The translations under genes were made by a program, and so were the position numbers. This document shows, piece after piece, positions 9,585 to 18,422 of a stretch of DNA of 64,000 nucleotides. The notes below the pieces were generated by a model that saw only the letters and a program-made list of their open reading frames with translations, ran no database searches and was not told the DNA's origin. Position 1 is the stretch's first letter, and each line of letters starts with the position of its first letter. This stretch comes from Candidatus Phycocordibacter aenigmaticus (GTDB lineage: Bacteria > Patescibacteriota > Minisyncoccia > Phycocordibacterales > UBA2163), in contig DCWL01000011.1 of the NCBI GenBank assembly GCA_002327585.1, positions 8,746 through 72,745 of the forward strand, in the 5' to 3' direction.

Positions 9585-9659
9585 TGGTGACTCCACGGGG
9601 AATCGAACCCCGATTACCAGCTTGAGAAGCTGATGTCCTAACCGTTAGACGATGGAGCC
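9585..9659 (-). tRNA. tRNA-Glu (CTC), CCA encoded
   Basis: Cloverleaf GGCTCCA...TGGAGTC-A-CCA; anticodon loop TT-CTC-AA; GGTTCGATTCC. Confidence 0.97.
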
Positions 9660-9682
9660 TTGAATAGAAATATATCAATAAT

Positions 9683-10975
9683 TTATCTTATCTGCCACTC
9701 TTCTCCCTGTCTCACCAAAAGTCTGTATTTCTTTTCAGGGTATGCCATTACCTTCTCAACAATTCTCTCCATCCTCACCGACTGCGAGCCTTTTATGAGA
9801 GTTATGTCGCCGTCGTTAAGTATTGCCGCAAGTTTTTCTCCTGCGCTTTTTGAATCATTGAACTGAAAAATTTCCTTCTTTTTCATTTTGTTCTCCATTG
9901 CACCTTGTGCAATATATTTGGCGCGTATACCCACTGTGATTAAAATATCCGCAGCCTCTGCCGCAAGCTTTCCGGCATTTATATGCGACTCTACGGAATG
10001 ACTTCCCAGCTCCATCATATCTCCAAGCACTGCAATTTTTTTTCCTGAGGAATTTATTGACTTGAAAGTATTAAGTGCTTCTTTGAGCGCCACAGGAGAT
10101 GAATTGTAGCTGTCATCTATAATAAGCGAATCATTGATTCCTTCAATGAGCTTCATTCTTCCGGCAGGAGTCTCGTGTTTTTCAAGCGCCTGCCCCATTG
10201 AAGCAATATTAAGTCCTTGGGAGACACCTGCTGCAAGTGCGGAGAGTATCGGATAAATATGCTGTTTGCCCAACACCCCTTCTATCTCAACAGGCACGCT
10301 CACACTGTTATAGTCAACACGAAATGATATGCCACTTGGAAATCTCTCTTTATACAAAATATTATAATTTGAACCGATAATGCTTGAACCAGGAGAATTT
10401 CCGTATGCATAGACTTTTCTCTCTCCGACAAGAGACTTCAGTGCAAGGGTTTTCTTCTCATCTGCATTTACTATAAACGCTCCGTCATCCTTAAGAGCCT
10501 TTACCAAATGGCTTTTCTCTTCTATCACATCTTGTGCTGAATCAAAGAATTCTATATGTACGGGAACATCAGGCAAATGGGTCATTACGACAACATCAGG
10601 TTTGAGCCAGCGGGAAATACTTTTTATATCCCCCGGTCTGTCGGCCCCGACCTCAAGGACAAGCCATTTGGGATAATGGTTCTTTAAAACAATCAATTTC
10701 AGAGCGTCAATGATATTTTGCATCCACAAAAAGAAATCCGACCATGCATTCGGGAGGCCCAGGATTGTAAGAGGAATGCCGATTTCACTGTTAAAGCTCA
10801 TCTGGCTTTTGCGTACAAAAAAAGCCGAACTCAACACTGTATAGACAGCATCTTTTGAAATTGTTTTTCCGATATTTCCCGTAATTGCAACAATGCGAGG
10901 ATTATATTTCTTCAAGACGATTCTTGCCTCAAGTGTAAGAATAAAAATTATTATTTTTTTAAAAATTTGTTTCAT
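9683..10975 (-). CDS. murF: UDP-N-acetylmuramoyl-tripeptide--D-Ala-D-Ala ligase
   Basis: AITGNIGKT, FNSEIGIPLT, DDSYNSSP, VLGDMMELG, KGSQSVRME. Confidence 0.92.
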   Translation of the reverse strand: MKQIFKKIIIFILTLEARIVLKKYNPRIVAITGNIGKTISKDAVYTVLSSAFFVRKSQMSFNSEIGIPLTILGLPNAWSDFFLWMQNIIDALKLIVLKNHYPKWLVLEVGADRPGDIKSISRWLKPDVVVMTHLPDVPVHIEFFDSAQDVIEEKSHLVKALKDDGAFIVNADEKKTLALKSLVGERKVYAYGNSPGSSIIGSNYNILYKERFPSGISFRVDYNSVSVPVEIEGVLGKQHIYPILSALAAGVSQGLNIASMGQALEKHETPAGRMKLIEGINDSLIIDDSYNSSPVALKEALNTFKSINSSGKKIAVLGDMMELGSHSVESHINAGKLAAEAADILITVGIRAKYIAQGAMENKMKKKEIFQFNDSKSAGEKLAAILNDGDITLIKGSQSVRMERIVEKVMAYPEKKYRLLVRQGEEWQIR

Positions 10976-10982
10976 CTACATT

Positions 10983-12686
10983 TTATCTATCAGGGGGTAT
11001 TTCGTAATAATTGATCAAAAACTTTACAATATCCATAAACGGATGTGTCAGAGTCTGCGAGGCATATTTTACTTCTTTTGGCTCCAGAGTATATAGGAAT
11101 ATCAGATACTGTGCATCATAAGCGGGGAAATAGCCGAAGAATGAATGAAGGAATCTGTCGTCGTAGTATCCGCCCACGGAAGCAATTTGCGCTGTCCCCG
11201 TCTTTGCCGCAATGCTGTAATTAGGAAGCTTCACCGTCCCTTCCAAAAGAGCGTTATCAACGACACTTACAAGCATTCTTGTTATCTCCTCTGCGCTCTC
11301 CTGTTTCAGTATCCTCTGCCCATCATTAGACGATACTTTTTTTGAAAGTCCTGATGTATATTTTATTTTTTTTGCAATACGTGGAGTTACAAGCACTCCG
11401 CCGTTTGCAAGGACTGAAAGCCCTCTTATGGTTGCAATAGGCGTCGTCGCAATTCCTTGTCCAAATGACGCTGTGGCATATTCAAGATCCCTTGGCTCAT
11501 ACAAGTTCTTCACAATCCCCGCAGATTCATTTGGAAGGTCAATTCCCGTCTCTTCTCCGATTCCGTAATTAATCATATAGTTTGCAAATACTCTGTTGCC
11601 TATTTTACTCGCAACAAATGAAGCTCCGGTGTTGAGCGATTGATTGAGCACTTCCTGCATTGAAACACGCCCGCGCCCCTTTCCGTCAAAGTTTGAGATT
11701 GTGGAGCCATCAAGTTCAATACTTCCTGCGTCATAATATGTAGTTGTTGCGGTAATTGCACCGGAATCAATGCCGGCTGCCATTGTAAGGGGCTTTATGA
11801 TAGAGCCCATCTCATACACGCTTTCAACAATAGGATTTGAAAATACAGACGGGTTCTCCACCTTCTGAAAACTATTGAGATTGAAAGAAGGATTCACTCC
11901 TATTGCCTGTATCTCTCCATTTTGGGGGTTTATTATCACACCGGCAGTAAGTTTTGAGTTCCATTTTTCACTTACTTCATCCAGTTTATTTTCAAGGAAA
12001 AGCTGAACTGAGGGTTCAATGGAGGTGATAACATCGCCGGAGCGATTGCCGTTTTTAAACACCGTGCTATTTATATTGGCAAAAATCCCCGCAAAGAAAT
12101 TGACATAGATTTCATCTTCTCCCCGTTCCAGCGTATCCTCGTAATATCTTTCAAGCCCGTATCTTCCGGAGAATTCATCTCCTATAAAACCCACAAAGCC
12201 GAGCGTCTGGGAGGCCATATCATTCCCTGGATAGAATCTCCATCTGTCTTTGTAAATGTTGATACCGTCAATTTCCAGATCGGAAATTCTATACGCTCTT
12301 TCTTCATCTATATGTTTTGCAATTTCTTCATATGTGTCATCCTTTTTGCCAGCGCGAAAAAAAAACGAATCCTCGTCAATGTCAATTATCTCTGAAAGTT
12401 TCTCGTATGCACTCTTTGGGTCAACAAGGATTTTAGGGTTTATGGCTACTATAAATCCTGATTTGAGAGTTGCTCCAGATACCAGCGTACCATTTTTATC
12501 CTGCAAAAAAATAGACCCTCTACTGTAGAGGCTCTGATTTGGTCTGGTGTATTGCCTGTCGGCCTCATCGCTGTACTCTCCACCGTGCATTACCTGCACA
12601 AAATACAATCGCCCCACAAGGACGAGTCCCAGAAAAAATATTATTATGGAGATTATGCGAATTCTTCTCAAAAATTCTGGTTTCAT
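10983..12686 (-). CDS. ftsI: Class B penicillin-binding protein, FtsI/PBP3-like
   Basis: N-terminal TM; SIIK, SLN, KTGT; position in mraZ-rsmH-ftsL cluster. Confidence 0.9.
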   Translation of the reverse strand: MKPEFLRRIRIISIIIFFLGLVLVGRLYFVQVMHGGEYSDEADRQYTRPNQSLYSRGSIFLQDKNGTLVSGATLKSGFIVAINPKILVDPKSAYEKLSEIIDIDEDSFFFRAGKKDDTYEEIAKHIDEERAYRISDLEIDGINIYKDRWRFYPGNDMASQTLGFVGFIGDEFSGRYGLERYYEDTLERGEDEIYVNFFAGIFANINSTVFKNGNRSGDVITSIEPSVQLFLENKLDEVSEKWNSKLTAGVIINPQNGEIQAIGVNPSFNLNSFQKVENPSVFSNPIVESVYEMGSIIKPLTMAAGIDSGAITATTTYYDAGSIELDGSTISNFDGKGRGRVSMQEVLNQSLNTGASFVASKIGNRVFANYMINYGIGEETGIDLPNESAGIVKNLYEPRDLEYATASFGQGIATTPIATIRGLSVLANGGVLVTPRIAKKIKYTSGLSKKVSSNDGQRILKQESAEEITRMLVSVVDNALLEGTVKLPNYSIAAKTGTAQIASVGGYYDDRFLHSFFGYFPAYDAQYLIFLYTLEPKEVKYASQTLTHPFMDIVKFLINYYEIPPDR

Positions 12687-12711
12687 CTATATACTATAGC
12701 CTAGGTAGGTT

Positions 12712-13035
12712 CTAATTTCCAAGATTTAAAGCAGTGCCTTTTCTGGCAAGCGATTTTTTTGCTACAAATTTTTTCTTTTTCAATATTTTAAATCCAGTAG
12801 ATTTTGCAAATTCAATGTCAATGGCGTCTTTGTGTACTATATATCTGGTTTCAAGCTCACTTATAGTTGAGCTTACAGCGGCGACATCGCCGTTAATCTC
12901 TTCCCTTACTATTACATTGACTATTGATTTGCTTATGAAATATAAGTACAGGCCGAACAATATGAGAATTATGAAGACAAGCACTACAAATGCCCTTTTT
13001 TCAAATTTATTTATTTGTATCGCACGTGTAGTCAT
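12712..13035 (-). CDS. FtsL-like bitopic coiled-coil protein
   Basis: One TM plus coiled coil, between rsmH and ftsI (synteny). Confidence 0.65.
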   Translation of the reverse strand: MTTRAIQINKFEKRAFVVLVFIILILFGLYLYFISKSIVNVIVREEINGDVAAVSSTISELETRYIVHKDAIDIEFAKSTGFKILKKKKFVAKKSLARKGTALNLGN

Positions 13036-13036
13036 T

Positions 13037-13945
13037 TTATTTTTTTTGAAATACTCTTAGTTTTGCGCTGCGCGAGCGGGGATTTCTCTTTATCTCATCC
13101 TCGCTTGGTATTATTGGTTTTTTAGTAATCACCTCACCCTCACCTTCCTGCTTTTTATTATTAAAAAAACGCTTTACTATCCTATCTTCAATGCTGTGGA
13201 ATGATATGACTGCTATCCTCCCTTCTGCTTTTAATACATAAAGTGCCTTCCCCAGTGCCTCCTTCAAAGCCCCTATTTCGTCGTTTACCGTGATTCTGAG
13301 GGCCTGAAATGTCTTCGTTGCAAAATGTATCTTCTTGTGCTTGTACCAGTTTGGAACGGCTTTATCTATCACCTCCACCAGATCACGTGTCGTCTCAATC
13401 GGCATATCATCTCTCAACTCAACAATTTTCTTAGCAATCTGTCTTGAAAATTTCTCTTCACCATATCCATATAAAATATCTGCTATACTTTCCTCTTCCC
13501 AGCTGCCCAATATCTCTTTTGCGGTCAAATCTTTCTCGTCAGGACTTTCTTTGAAAGTCATTAAAAGTGGTTCATTTTTCTGAAAAGAAAATCCTCTGCC
13601 TGCGCAGGCAGGTTGCTTTGATTCTTCAAGCTGATCTGAACTGAAACCGAGGTCAAATAATACTGCATCAACTTTCTCAATACCAGCCTTTTTTAAAACT
13701 TTATCTAAATCTCTGAAATTCTTTTGCTCTAAAATTATATTACACTTTCCATCTTTCAGTTTTGCTTTTGCTCCGTCCAATGCTCTCCGGTCAAGATCGA
13801 TGCCGATAAGTGTTCCTGTACTTCCAATCAATTTACAAATCTCTCTTGCATGCCCTCCGCCTCCAATTGTGGTATCAATTGCCGTGTCTCCTTTTTTAAG
13901 ATTCAGAGACTCTATAACTTCTTGTAAAAGAACGGGGATGTGCAT
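13037..13945 (-). CDS. rsmH: 16S rRNA m4C1402 methyltransferase RsmH
   Basis: HIPVLL, DTTIGGGGH, DLGFSS, FQALRI.VN.E, FHSIEDR, NPRSRSAKLR. Confidence 0.98.
   Translation of the reverse strand: MHIPVLLQEVIESLNLKKGDTAIDTTIGGGGHAREICKLIGSTGTLIGIDLDRRALDGAKAKLKDGKCNIILEQKNFRDLDKVLKKAGIEKVDAVLFDLGFSSDQLEESKQPACAGRGFSFQKNEPLLMTFKESPDEKDLTAKEILGSWEEESIADILYGYGEEKFSRQIAKKIVELRDDMPIETTRDLVEVIDKAVPNWYKHKKIHFATKTFQALRITVNDEIGALKEALGKALYVLKAEGRIAVISFHSIEDRIVKRFFNNKKQEGEGEVITKKPIIPSEDEIKRNPRSRSAKLRVFQKK
13596..13611. repeat. Perfect 16-bp palindrome CTGCCTGCGCAGGCAG inside rsmH
   Basis: Self-complementary; lies within extra residues KQPACA before GRGFSF. Confidence 0.75.
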
Positions 13946-13946
13946 A

Positions 13947-14381
13947 TTAGAGGATACCGATCTCTCCGAGCTTCTCTGCCAGTCTCTCTGCTCGCTTTTC
14001 TATATTCTCCTTGTACTGAGTCCACGCTTTCTCATTCCATATTTCAACTCTGCTATGAATGCCTGCAAGGACAACTTTATTCCCCAAATTAGCAAAGTTT
14101 TTAAGGAAATCGGGAATCAATACCCTTCCCGCCGAATCAACATCAACCTCGACGGCACCCGAAAGCATAAAACGGTTGAAACCTCTTGTGTCTGCTCCTC
14201 CCATGGGAAGCTCACCAATCTTTTTTGAAATTTTTTCCCACTCTTTGATGGAATATACGAACAGACAATTATCGAGTCCTCTTGTGACAACAACTCTCTT
14301 TCCAAATTCCCTGCGGAACTTTGATGGCAGTGAAATTCGTTTTTTTGTGTCAAGTGTGTGCGTGTATTCGCCAATAAGCAT
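13947..14381 (-). CDS. mraZ: Transcriptional regulator MraZ
   Basis: GEYTHTLDTKKR, RGLDNCL, DSAGRVLIP, RVEIW. Confidence 0.98.
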   Translation of the reverse strand: MLIGEYTHTLDTKKRISLPSKFRREFGKRVVVTRGLDNCLFVYSIKEWEKISKKIGELPMGGADTRGFNRFMLSGAVEVDVDSAGRVLIPDFLKNFANLGNKVVLAGIHSRVEIWNEKAWTQYKENIEKRAERLAEKLGEIGIL

Positions 14382-14516
14382 GGTAAATTTTTCATTTTTC
14401 TTTAATTTTGGAAATCGTCGTCCGGCATCTGAGGACGATCTTCACAGATGCCGAACTCTTAAAAATACAAAGTATGGCAAGTGTATTTTTTTTAATTTCC
14501 TGGGATGTGGTCTTAA

Positions 14517-14562
14517 CCCACTTCATCCCACCAGAAGTTTAATATATAACACTCTGCCCCAC
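14517..14562 (-). promoter_or_regulatory. Putative MraZ operator (GTGGG repeats)
   Basis: GTGGG at 14562-14558, 14531-14527 and 14521-14517 (10-nt period in the last pair) upstream of mraZ. Confidence 0.65.
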
Positions 14563-14575
14563 ATAGCAAAAGGAG

Positions 14576-14584
14576 TTATCCACA
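14576..14584 (+). promoter_or_regulatory. DnaA box
   Basis: Perfect TTATCCACA in the intergenic region upstream of mraZ. Confidence 0.55.
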
Positions 14585-14706
14585 GAAAAGATCTGTGGAA
14601 TCCCATGCTTTTCTTTTTTATAGGTATTTGTTACTATTTGCTTAGATTTTAGAGCTTTGATGCTGATTTACTTTAGATCGTTAACATAAATTAAAGGGAG
14701 GGATTT

Positions 14707-15222
14707 ATGATTTTATACAGGATTAAATATTATGAGAATGAAGAAAATTTAATATGTATATTTGTTGACAAACAATTGCGTAAAAAGGCTAAATATGTTG
14801 GCATTGAAAACATGTATTGCAAGGAAGATGAGGAGAAAGATGATGAAGAAGAAAAATCTTTTTGTGGACAAGATAGCCAAAACAACAACAATGAGGAAGA
14901 AGACGACGAAGATGAAGAACTTCAGTCATTAAAAAGTGAGTTGTTGCATATACACGGAATGGAGGAATTATTATCCATAAGGCGCCACAGAATAATCTTT
15001 ATTAAAGGGGATATATTCAAACGAGAAAATATTGTGCACGATATTCTAATGGTTTTACTGCAGAGATTTGATTCAAAAGAAGGAGTTGCTAAAGAGATTA
15101 AGCTTCCTATGATAATCAACAAAAAAGGAGAAGTGGTTAAAAGAAGAAAGACAAAGAAAAAGATAAAATTAAACTCTGTTACGCTTTATTCCGGAAAGAA
15201 GAAAAAGAAAGTTAGAAAATAA
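14707..15222 (+). CDS. Hypothetical protein with acidic tract and basic tail (orphan cassette)
   Basis: SD GGGAGGG; TG-extended -10 TACTAT at 14632-14637; terminator 15245-15276. Confidence 0.7.
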   Translation: MILYRIKYYENEENLICIFVDKQLRKKAKYVGIENMYCKEDEEKDDEEEKSFCGQDSQNNNNEEEDDEDEELQSLKSELLHIHGMEELLSIRRHRIIFIKGDIFKRENIVHDILMVLLQRFDSKEGVAKEIKLPMIINKKGEVVKRRKTKKKIKLNSVTLYSGKKKKKVRK

Positions 15223-15274
15223 TATTAAAATCTTTACATAATACAAAAGCATCTATGTTTTACAGGATGCTTTT

Positions 15275-16861
15275 TTATATCACCTCCCCTAGTCTCCTTT
15301 CAAGAAACTCCCTGTCCAACACGCTTAAAAACCATCCTGCTTTAGGACCACTGTCCTTCCCAAGAAATGAGATATATATTGCACTGAATAATTCTTTTGG
15401 TTCAATACCCGATTCCTTTCTGATTTCATGGATTTTGCTGTGAAGCTCCTGCCCATCTAGATCCTTCTGTAATTTTATATATTCTAACATTTTACCAAGT
15501 ACTTGCTTTTGTTCATCTGATAAAGAACTTGCTTGCTTGGGCACTTCATCTCTCTGTAGTTCATATTTATACTTCTCAGGCGCATACGCCTTAAGCCAGT
15601 TGCCTGCATACGCTGCCCTTGATGAAATCTCTTTTTTATCTTCATTGGTTAAAGAACTGCCTTTCATCTTTTCAACTTCCTTTTCAATATCCATGTGGGG
15701 CATCTGCACAAGAAAAGCAATTTGGGAAAAACGAGGGAGAAATTTTCTCTCTATATTTCCTCTCTCAGACGGTGGATGGATAAGTGAAAATAATCTTGCA
15801 TCATCGTCTTTTGCATCTTCAAAGTATTTCTCTGCAATTCTGTCCATAGTGTCGTAAAGGACGGGAATTGTATCGCCATCAGGTTCAAAATCAATTGCCT
15901 GCTTGTAGTCTTTGCCGATAAGGGCAAGGCGAAATAGCTCTTTAGGTAAAAGATCTGATATTTCTTTTGCGGACGATCCTTTCCCTTTTGATGAAGACAT
16001 CTTTCTGCCTCCAACAAGGAAAAATTCATATGGAATGTCAAATGGCGGTTTATAATCAAGTATTTCACGGGAAATATGATTTGCTATATCACGTGATCCT
16101 CCTTTTGTAGAATGGTCTTTGCCGCTTCCCTCTATATCAACCTCAAGGACTTTAAACTTAGCGGCCCATTCCACTTTCCACGGCAGTTTTGCATTGCCGT
16201 CAAACGGCGATATTCTACCCCGATAATTACAGCCTTTTGCCCACGGAACCTGTCCCTCCATACATATATATTCAACTTCCTTCCCGTCAAAGGAAATCGT
16301 CTTTGTTGTACTAATCTTTCCGCATTTCTCACATATTACAGAGAGAGGAAGCCAGTCATCTTCCTTTACCGATCCGGAGATTTCTTTGTAAATGGATCTT
16401 ATCTCTTTCGCTTTTACAAGTACAGATGAAATCGCATCATTCATTTTTCCTGATTTATATAATTCACTTACTCTGTAATACTCCGGAAAAAAATCAGATT
16501 TTTCTATGATATTAATAAATTCAGTGGCAAAATATTCTGCAAAATTCTTCGCCTTCCCGTCAGGCGAAGGCACAGAGTAAAGTGGCATGCCCATATATTT
16601 GCCAAACTTTTCTTCATCAAGAAAGGACGGCATATCGTCCATCGGGTCAAAGTCGTTTATTTCATAGAGAAACTTATTCTTAATTCCATTTTCAGAAAGA
16701 ATTTCTGATATAATGCCGTGGACTGCAACACCACGCATTGAGCCTACATGGATTCTTCCAGATGCTGTTTTTTCATCTCTTATGATAAGAGGTTTGCCTG
16801 ATTTAATGCATTTCTCCAGATTAACTTTGATTTGATTGGTTATTTTATCTCCCCAAAACAT
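15275..16861 (-). CDS. lysS: Lysine--tRNA ligase, class I
   Basis: MFWGD start, ASGRIHVG (HIGH-like), KLPWKVEW, GKDH, KMSSSKG. Confidence 0.95.
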   Translation of the reverse strand: MFWGDKITNQIKVNLEKCIKSGKPLIIRDEKTASGRIHVGSMRGVAVHGIISEILSENGIKNKFLYEINDFDPMDDMPSFLDEEKFGKYMGMPLYSVPSPDGKAKNFAEYFATEFINIIEKSDFFPEYYRVSELYKSGKMNDAISSVLVKAKEIRSIYKEISGSVKEDDWLPLSVICEKCGKISTTKTISFDGKEVEYICMEGQVPWAKGCNYRGRISPFDGNAKLPWKVEWAAKFKVLEVDIEGSGKDHSTKGGSRDIANHISREILDYKPPFDIPYEFFLVGGRKMSSSKGKGSSAKEISDLLPKELFRLALIGKDYKQAIDFEPDGDTIPVLYDTMDRIAEKYFEDAKDDDARLFSLIHPPSERGNIERKFLPRFSQIAFLVQMPHMDIEKEVEKMKGSSLTNEDKKEISSRAAYAGNWLKAYAPEKYKYELQRDEVPKQASSLSDEQKQVLGKMLEYIKLQKDLDGQELHSKIHEIRKESGIEPKELFSAIYISFLGKDSGPKAGWFLSVLDREFLERRLGEVI

Positions 16862-16963
16862 AAGCTTCAGATTATCATACCATATATTGACTAAACTCAT
16901 AAAGCATAGTAATCTCTACTGAGTAAATTTAGATTTTCTGACAAGATAAAAAGGGGGGATCTG

Positions 16964-17164
16964 ATGGTAGAAATTTATTCAAAATTTAGAGAAGGAGGCT
17001 TGTTAATTTTAGGAGGAATCCGTGCGGTCTGGGAGGATAAATTAATAATAGTATATGTGTTCGTTGCTATTATGTCTGTTTTTACTATAATTTTGTTGTT
17101 TTTCTTCTTTTTTATTAAAAGATTATTCTGTGAACCAAGAACATTTTTTAAAACCTTCCAATAA
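16964..17164 (+). CDS. Small membrane protein, 66 aa (orphan cassette)
   Basis: Promoter TTGACT-17-TAATCT (16887-16915), SD AAGGGGGG, terminator 17150-17190 overlapping the stop. Confidence 0.6.
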   Translation: MVEIYSKFREGGLLILGGIRAVWEDKLIIVYVFVAIMSVFTIILLFFFFFIKRLFCEPRTFFKTFQ

Positions 17165-17188
17165 TCTTACGATTATTGAAAGGTTTTT

Positions 17189-17770
17189 TTATTTTATATC
17201 TTTTAAAATCTTAAAATCTTTTTCAAGCGTCTTAATGAGATCGCGATTGTAGATTGCTGCTGCGGGATGATAAAGCGGAACGATTTTTACACCATTTGCA
17301 TCAAATAATTTACCGTGCATTAAACTTATTGTCCTAAGTTCACCTTCGAGCCCGAACTTTTTCATAATATATTCCATTGAATGTCGCCCAAGAGTTGCGA
17401 TAACTTTCGGCTCAATAATTTTTATCTGCCTGTCCAGAAACTGTCCATAAATCTTAATTTCTTCCGGAAGAGGGTCCCTATTGTTCTGAGGTCTGTCTTT
17501 TACTATATTTGTTACATAGACATCCCCGCGGGGTATTTGAATTGAGAAAAGCAAGTCATCCAAGATCTTCCCCGCTGCACCGCAAAACGGTCTGCCTGTC
17601 TTTGCTTCATTTCTCCCCGGCGCTTCGCCTATAAATAAAATGTTAGCATTGTGACTTCCTTCCCCGAGTACAGGGAAAAATCCGTTTTCTGTCCTGTATT
17701 TATATAGAGGCGAATTTTTTAATTCAAACACTTCGTCTCTTATTTCTTTCATTTTCTCTGTTTTGTTCAT
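17189..17770 (-). CDS. Uracil-DNA glycosylase, family 4-like
   Basis: GEAPG.NE, GRPFCGAAG, TNIVKDRP..NRDP, YHPAA. Confidence 0.93.
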   Translation of the reverse strand: MNKTEKMKEIRDEVFELKNSPLYKYRTENGFFPVLGEGSHNANILFIGEAPGRNEAKTGRPFCGAAGKILDDLLFSIQIPRGDVYVTNIVKDRPQNNRDPLPEEIKIYGQFLDRQIKIIEPKVIATLGRHSMEYIMKKFGLEGELRTISLMHGKLFDANGVKIVPLYHPAAAIYNRDLIKTLEKDFKILKDIK

Positions 17771-18384
17771 GTAATTAATGGCACAAAAGCAAATCCTTTG
17801 TATTTTTTAATATCATTATCGCTCTCAAGTTTCTTAATCTGCCATACTTCATCATATATCGGAATGACCATTGTCCCCCCGATTTTCAATTGTTCCAGAA
17901 GTTTTTTCGGAAGATCCTCTGCTGCAGCTGAAACAAGGATTTTATCAAAAGGCGCTTTTTTTGGAAGTCCTATTTCTTTATCTGCTTTCAGTATTTCGAC
18001 ATTTTTGAAATCATATTTTTTAAGATTTTTCTTTCCAAGTTGGACAAGTTCAGGAATAATTTCAACACCGATTACCCCGCCTTTCTCTCCAACAAGACGT
18101 GCAAGAAGCGCCGTCGTCCATCCTGAGCCTGCGCCGATATCAAGAATATTCTCTCCCTCCTGTGGATCAAGAAGCTCGAGCATAAACGCTACAGTCGTCG
18201 GTTGTGAAATTGTCTGCCTAGAGTCGCCAAGCGGAAGTGGGTAATCCTCATATGCCTCCTCAACATAATCCTCTGGCACGAAATCTTTCCTGTCTATAGC
18301 AACAAAAGCATCTTTAAGTGCACCTGTCTGAAGCACTCTTGTCCCGTTCTCAAGATGGTTTATTAATTCTTTTTTAGTTAGCAT
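17767..18384 (-). CDS. pcm: Protein-L-isoaspartate O-methyltransferase
   Basis: AYEDYPLP, QTISQP, LDIGAGSGW, APFDKILVSAA, FVPL. Confidence 0.96.
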   Translation of the reverse strand: MLTKKELINHLENGTRVLQTGALKDAFVAIDRKDFVPEDYVEEAYEDYPLPLGDSRQTISQPTTVAFMLELLDPQEGENILDIGAGSGWTTALLARLVGEKGGVIGVEIIPELVQLGKKNLKKYDFKNVEILKADKEIGLPKKAPFDKILVSAAAEDLPKKLLEQLKIGGTMVIPIYDEVWQIKKLESDNDIKKYKGFAFVPLIT

Positions 18385-18422
18385 ATTTATCTGCTAGCCG
18401 CTAGACTTGACCTAGCAATAAA

